In this document: in pieces, positions 59,440 through 64,000 of the stretch
How the letters are laid out: each line of letters begins with the position of its first letter
Numbering within the stretch: the stretch's first letter is position 1
Notes under the pieces: generated by a model
Database searches by the model: none
Told to the model about the DNA's origin: nothing
Seen by the model: only the letters and a program-made list of their open reading frames with translations
Origin: an uncultured Chloroflexia bacterium
Lineage (GTDB): Bacteria; Chloroflexota; Limnocylindria; Limnocylindrales; CSP1-4
Assembly: GCA_963813535.1 (NCBI GenBank)
Contig: CAWEZH010000003.1
Location: 704,001 to 768,000 of the forward strand
Reading direction: 5' to 3'
DNA length: 64,000 nt
Position numbers and translations under genes: made by a program

Positions 59440-60516
59440 ATGACCCACGTCTTCGTCGCGCCGCATCCGGACGACGTCGCCCTGTCGTGTGGCGGCCTCA
59501 TCGCCAATCTGCGCGAGCTCGGCCAGGTCGTCACGATCATCACGGTCTTCTCGGGCGACGACGTCGAGGGCGGCATCGGGGGCGGGCTCGGCACCTACCA
59601 GCGCGAGGCGCTCGGCTTCGGGAGCAAGACCATGTGGCCGTCGACCGAGGCGTTCAACCGGAGCTCGATCCTGCCCGACTTCCCGATCGTGCCGGCATGG
59701 GAAGCCGGTGAGGAAGGCCTCGAGGCGACGCAGTCGGAGGCCGACGCATCCGCCAAGCGCTTCTGGCAGCGAGCGTCGTGGTATCGGCGGGCGAGCATCC
59801 GGAACGAACCACTCGCCGGCCAGGCCGTCATCGACGATGTGCCGACGCAGGGCCCGGTCCTCACCGATGAGGTCGTGGATGCTGCGGCGGCCGGCGACCT
59901 CATGGCCCGCCGACGCATCGAGGATGAGCGGTACGCCTACTTCTCCGAGGCGTCGATCGTCTTCCTGGACCAGCCGGACGCGGTCTTCCGTGGGTATGCG
60001 ACCGACGACGAGCTGCTCGGGACACCGCGCGAGGGCGACGTTCGCCTCGAGGGTCTCCTGCGCCGGGAGATCGACCGGCTCGAGCCCCAGCAGCTCTACC
60101 TCCCCCTCGGCGTCGGGGGCCACGTCGACCACCAGCTCTGCCGGCAGGCCGGCATCGACCTGCTCCTGTCGGGCGACCGCTGGGTGATGCCCGGTCCCGA
60201 TTACGCGGGGACCATCGTCTTCTACGAGGACTTCCCGTACTCGCTCTGGAACGACTTCAGGACGCTCGACCAACTGGGACCGGACGCGCTGGCCGGCATG
60301 CCGTCCGACGTGAGCCTGTTCCCCGCGTACACCGATATCAGCGACCAGATCGAGAAGAAGATCACCGGCATCACCATCTACGAGAGCCAGATCGAGCGCC
60401 TGTTCGACGACACGCGCCAGATGGCCGATGCGGTGCGATCGTACGGCGCGGCGCTCGGGGTCCTGGGCGACGTCGCCGGCCCGGCCGAGCGGTACTGGCG
60501 GACGAGCCGCGTCTGA
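59440..60516 (+). CDS. PIG-L/LmbE family deacetylase
   Basis: APHPDDVALSCGG, GGHVDH, YEDFPY, YESQ. Confidence 0.88.
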   Translation: MTHVFVAPHPDDVALSCGGLIANLRELGQVVTIITVFSGDDVEGGIGGGLGTYQREALGFGSKTMWPSTEAFNRSSILPDFPIVPAWEAGEEGLEATQSEADASAKRFWQRASWYRRASIRNEPLAGQAVIDDVPTQGPVLTDEVVDAAAAGDLMARRRIEDERYAYFSEASIVFLDQPDAVFRGYATDDELLGTPREGDVRLEGLLRREIDRLEPQQLYLPLGVGGHVDHQLCRQAGIDLLLSGDRWVMPGPDYAGTIVFYEDFPYSLWNDFRTLDQLGPDALAGMPSDVSLFPAYTDISDQIEKKITGITIYESQIERLFDDTRQMADAVRSYGAALGVLGDVAGPAERYWRTSRV

Positions 60517-60520
60517 ACCC

Positions 60521-61768
60521 GTGCCAGCCGGCTGGCGTCGCGCCGACTGGCTGATCGTCCTCGTTGCCATCGTGGCGGGGACAGCCATCCGCCTCTGGCT
60601 GCTCCCGATGGACGGGCTGCGCGCGGACCTGGATCAGTTCATCGGCTGGGTCCATCACATCACGACCCGCGGCCTGGGGACGCTGTACGGCCCGACCGAC
60701 GCCGGCCCGGTGAGCTTCGGGCCCGTGATGGCCTACGTCTGGACGGTGCTGGCCGCCGTCCAGCCAGCATTCGCGATCGTCACCGACGGCACCGATCCGG
60801 CGATCCGGGCGCTCATGAAGGTCCCCGCGATCCTCGCCGACTACGGGCTTGCGGCGCTCGTCGCCTATGCGCTGCGCGACCGGCCGCGCTGGGCGGCGAT
60901 CGGTGTGGCCGCGGTCCTGCTCCACCCCGTCGTCTACTACGTGAGCGCGTGGTGGGGGCAGTACGACTCGATCTACGCGCTCAGCGGCTTGGCCGCCGCG
61001 GTCGCGGCGATCAACCGTCGAAACGGCCTGGCCGCGGCGCTCCTCGCCGTCGCGTTGATGACCAAGCCACAGGCGATCCCCTTCGTCGTGCCGTTCGTCG
61101 CCTGGTTCTGGGCGACCGGCGGGGTCCGCGAACTGGCGCGGGCCGCGGTCATCGGCGCGGCAGTGGTGGTCGTCCTCTGGCTGCCGTTCGCCCCGGCGGA
61201 CGGTCCGGCGTATTACCTGCAGTCCGTGCGCGAGTACTCGAGCGGGGTCTTCGCGATCCTGTCGCTGCGGGCGTGGAACCCGTGGTGGATCGTCCAGGAG
61301 ATCGCCGGGCGGGCGGACTTCATCCGCGACGATGTCGCCTTCCTCGGCCCACTCACGCTCAGGCACGTCGGGTACGCCATCACGGGCGTCCTATCTGTGA
61401 TCATCGCGCTCGCGATCGTGCGCGACCCGTCCCCGCGCCGCCTGATCCTCGGTCTGGCGGCGTCGAGCCTGGTGTTCTTCACGTTCATGACCCAGATGCA
61501 CGAGCGCTATGCGTTCGCGGCGTTCATCTTCCTCATCCTGCTGCTCGATGAACGCCCGACGCGGTGGGTATGGATCGTCTTCGGGACGGTGCTGATGTTC
61601 GACCTGTTCAGCGCCGCGCCGGCGACCGTCGTGATGCAGCAGGTCCTGCCGAACAGCGGGCCGGTCGCCATCGTGGGGTCTGTCGTGGTGACGCTCTCGA
61701 CGCTCGCCCTGGTCGTGATCGCGACACGGCGGACGCAGCCGGGGCGCGCCGCACACATCACGGCGTGA
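60521..61768 (+). CDS. GT-C membrane glycosyltransferase (GT87/mannosyltransferase-like)
   Basis: K.PAILAD, SAWWGQYDS, KPQ, MHERY motifs. Confidence 0.8.
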   Translation: MPAGWRRADWLIVLVAIVAGTAIRLWLLPMDGLRADLDQFIGWVHHITTRGLGTLYGPTDAGPVSFGPVMAYVWTVLAAVQPAFAIVTDGTDPAIRALMKVPAILADYGLAALVAYALRDRPRWAAIGVAAVLLHPVVYYVSAWWGQYDSIYALSGLAAAVAAINRRNGLAAALLAVALMTKPQAIPFVVPFVAWFWATGGVRELARAAVIGAAVVVVLWLPFAPADGPAYYLQSVREYSSGVFAILSLRAWNPWWIVQEIAGRADFIRDDVAFLGPLTLRHVGYAITGVLSVIIALAIVRDPSPRRLILGLAASSLVFFTFMTQMHERYAFAAFIFLILLLDERPTRWVWIVFGTVLMFDLFSAAPATVVMQQVLPNSGPVAIVGSVVVTLSTLALVVIATRRTQPGRAAHITA

Positions 61769-63141
61769 TGGACGAGGTGTCCGGATCCGCCACCAGTCGG
61801 GCGCCGCGACCGGCGACGGTGGCATTCGGCATCATCGCGATCATCGCCTTCGCAGCCCTGCTGTGGCTCGGCCGGGGCATGACGTTCTTTGCGGACGAGT
61901 GGGCGTTCATCCAGACCCGCTCGCTGGGCGATCCGAGATCCTGGTTCGTGCCGCACAACGAGCACTGGGTCACGATCCCGGTGCTGCTCTATCGGACCGT
62001 GGTCGAGACGGTGGGGATCGGGTCGTACGTGCCGTACCTCGTCGTCCTGCTGGTACTCCATGTGGCCGTTGCGACGCTCGTGTACCGGCTGACCTTGCGG
62101 TCGGCTGGTCCACGGTTCGCGCTCGTGGCGGCGACGATCGCGCTCTTCCTCGGCGGAGGCTTCGAGAACCTGTACTGGGGGTTCCAGATCTCCTTCGTCG
62201 GCTCGACGCTGTTCGGCCTGATCGCAATGGAGGTGTCCGATGGCGAGCCTGACTCACGCCGGGCGTGGCTGGTCGCCGCGCTGCTCCTCGCCTCCCTGGC
62301 GACCTCCGGGATCGGGGTCGTGGTCTCCTTCGCCATCGGGATCGAATGGCTCGCCGACCGGCGTTGGCGGCCGTACGTGCCCTACCTCGTGGTCCCGGCC
62401 GGGGTCTTCCTCGTCTGGTACCTGGCCTTCGGCCGCTACGGTCTCAGCCCGGACCGGGATCCCATCTCAGCGGAGGCCATCGCGTCGATCCCGCGCTTCG
62501 TCGCGGATGGACTCGGCACCGTGCTCGGCGTCGTGGCGGGCGTGCCAGCGGAGGCGGGGCTTCTGGTGCTGGCCGCGGTCTTGATCGCCGTCGGGATCCG
62601 CCACCCCCGCCGCCTGCGATCGCCACGGGTGATCGGCATCGCCATGGCCATCGTCGCCCAGTACGCGCTGGCGGCGTTGGTCCGAGCGCACCTGTTCGAG
62701 GGCCAGGCGGAGTACACGCGCTACGTGTACACGCCGGCCATCCTGGCGCTCGTCGCCGCGGGGGTGCTCGTGCGCGGGATCAAGCGCACGTCCGAGGGTC
62801 GGAAGCGCCTCTACACGACCGTCGGGCTGGCGGTCTGGGCGACCACCGCCCTGATCCTCAACGGACGATTTCTGATCGCGGGTCGCGAGCTGTTCCTGGC
62901 CCGCGCCGACATGACGCGCGCGCTCGTGACCGTCGCCCTTGCACCGGACCGCCCATCGGGCGTCGACACGACCCGCTCCCTGGTCCTGGTCCCGTCACCG
63001 GATTCGCTCGGGCTGATCGTCGAGCGCTATGGGGATCCCCGCACCGATTCGCTCATCCCCGGGTCAGTGCGCCCCATCCCGCCCGAGATCCTCACCGAGG
63101 CGCGGCGCCGGCTCATCGAGGGCGCCCCGCTCCCGCGCTAG
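61768..63141 (+). CDS. Polytopic membrane protein, GT-C-like
   Basis: FFADEW, PHNEH, ENLYWGFQ, TRYVY. Confidence 0.7.
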   Translation: MDEVSGSATSRAPRPATVAFGIIAIIAFAALLWLGRGMTFFADEWAFIQTRSLGDPRSWFVPHNEHWVTIPVLLYRTVVETVGIGSYVPYLVVLLVLHVAVATLVYRLTLRSAGPRFALVAATIALFLGGGFENLYWGFQISFVGSTLFGLIAMEVSDGEPDSRRAWLVAALLLASLATSGIGVVVSFAIGIEWLADRRWRPYVPYLVVPAGVFLVWYLAFGRYGLSPDRDPISAEAIASIPRFVADGLGTVLGVVAGVPAEAGLLVLAAVLIAVGIRHPRRLRSPRVIGIAMAIVAQYALAALVRAHLFEGQAEYTRYVYTPAILALVAAGVLVRGIKRTSEGRKRLYTTVGLAVWATTALILNGRFLIAGRELFLARADMTRALVTVALAPDRPSGVDTTRSLVLVPSPDSLGLIVERYGDPRTDSLIPGSVRPIPPEILTEARRRLIEGAPLPR

Positions 63142-63988
63142 CATCGGCAGCCGGTCGGGACCGAGTACCTGGATGACGGCGAGGGCCATCACGACCAGGG
63201 GAGCCATCAGGACCATCGGCAGGGCGAGGAACGCCGCGACGATCGGTCGACCGACCAAGCGCCGGCAGCGCCATCGCCACGTAGTAGAACTGCGTCGCGG
63301 GGAAGACGGCCGGGACCGCGAACCACTCGGCGCCCTGCCGACGCAGGACCCACAGCGCCGCGAGGGTGGGGACCACGAGGATCGGGAACCGCCACGCGCT
63401 GCCGTTCCACGCCGTCTCCAGGTGGCTGCCGACGCCGAGGCCTCGATCCAGGTAGAGCTGCCAGGGCAGGACCAGGGTCACGACGGCCAGGACGGCACCG
63501 GCGACGACGAGGTGCCGCCAGCGCGTGACCAGCGGGATCGCGGCATAGAGCTTCAGACCGACCGCCGCGACCGCGCCGACGAGGCTGCCCTGGACGAGCA
63601 GGGCGAGCGCGATGGTCTGCGGGTTGCCGTTCCAGACGCCATGCAGCAGCGGCGGGAAGGCCAGATACCACCAGGGAAGCTCGAGCTTTCGGATGAGCCA
63701 CACCGCGGCGACGGCACCGGCCGCCAGCCAGAGCCATGTCGAGACCGTGACCGGCAGGACGCTCGTCGGTGCGTAGAACAGCAGCGTGTGCGGGCCTGCC
63801 GCGTAGGGGATGCCCGACTCCGTCACCGACCACGGGTCGCCACCGGCGAGCCAGGTCGTCGCCGCGTTCTGGTAGTGGCGGGCATCGATCCCGAGCGCGT
63901 CCGGCTTGGCGATCCACAGGAGGTCGATGACCACGAACCAGGCCGGCAGGCCGATCCGCTCCAGGGCGAGCCGAAGGCGCTCGATCAT
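63113..63988 (-). CDS. GT87-like membrane glycosyltransferase; probable frameshift near 63255
   Basis: DARHY..A...WLAGGDPW, FPP, GNPQ, GLKLY; hydrophobic continuation appears in the other frame (RPIVAAFLALPMV). Confidence 0.7.
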   Translation of the reverse strand: MIERLRLALERIGLPAWFVVIDLLWIAKPDALGIDARHYQNAATTWLAGGDPWSVTESGIPYAAGPHTLLFYAPTSVLPVTVSTWLWLAAGAVAAVWLIRKLELPWWYLAFPPLLHGVWNGNPQTIALALLVQGSLVGAVAAVGLKLYAAIPLVTRWRHLVVAGAVLAVVTLVLPWQLYLDRGLGVGSHLETAWNGSAWRFPILVVPTLAALWVLRRQGAEWFAVPAVFPATQFYYVAMALPALGRSTDRRGVPRPADGPDGSPGRDGPRRHPGTRSRPAADASAGAGRPR

Positions 63989-64000
63989 CTGGCGGGTCGT

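Overview
High-GC bacterial chromosomal window. The protein style, GAAC-N4-GTTC SOS boxes, leaderless promoters and LPxTD-tailed surface protein suggest Chloroflexota, possibly Limnocylindria/Ellin6529 (inference). Core content: a LacI-controlled maltodextrin locus (two GH13 enzymes plus ABC transporter), tdh-kbl, argS, a dispersed but complete histidine-to-folate one-carbon route (hutH/U/I, formiminotransferase, cyclodeaminase, folD, fhs), dinB with an SOS-boxed small gene, lexA, rplI, dnaB, tRNA-Glu, dodecin, pcm and several GT-C-like membrane proteins. The most interesting region is 50.6-58.0 kb: a MalT-like STAND/SARP-BTAD regulator, then a promoter and a c-di-GMP-II riboswitch overlapping a terminator, an unannotated signal-peptide-like micro-ORF (...VRILVALSSVAMIALAGGASLRGF*), a membrane-sensor HD-GYP phosphodiesterase and a DUF5317-MFS fusion. 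This is a candidate peptide-pheromone/c-di-GMP feedback system whose specificity part lies in a compositionally atypical cassette. Single-base frameshifts in essential genes (argS, folD, dnaB) point to uncorrected sequencing errors, so broken frames should be read with caution.
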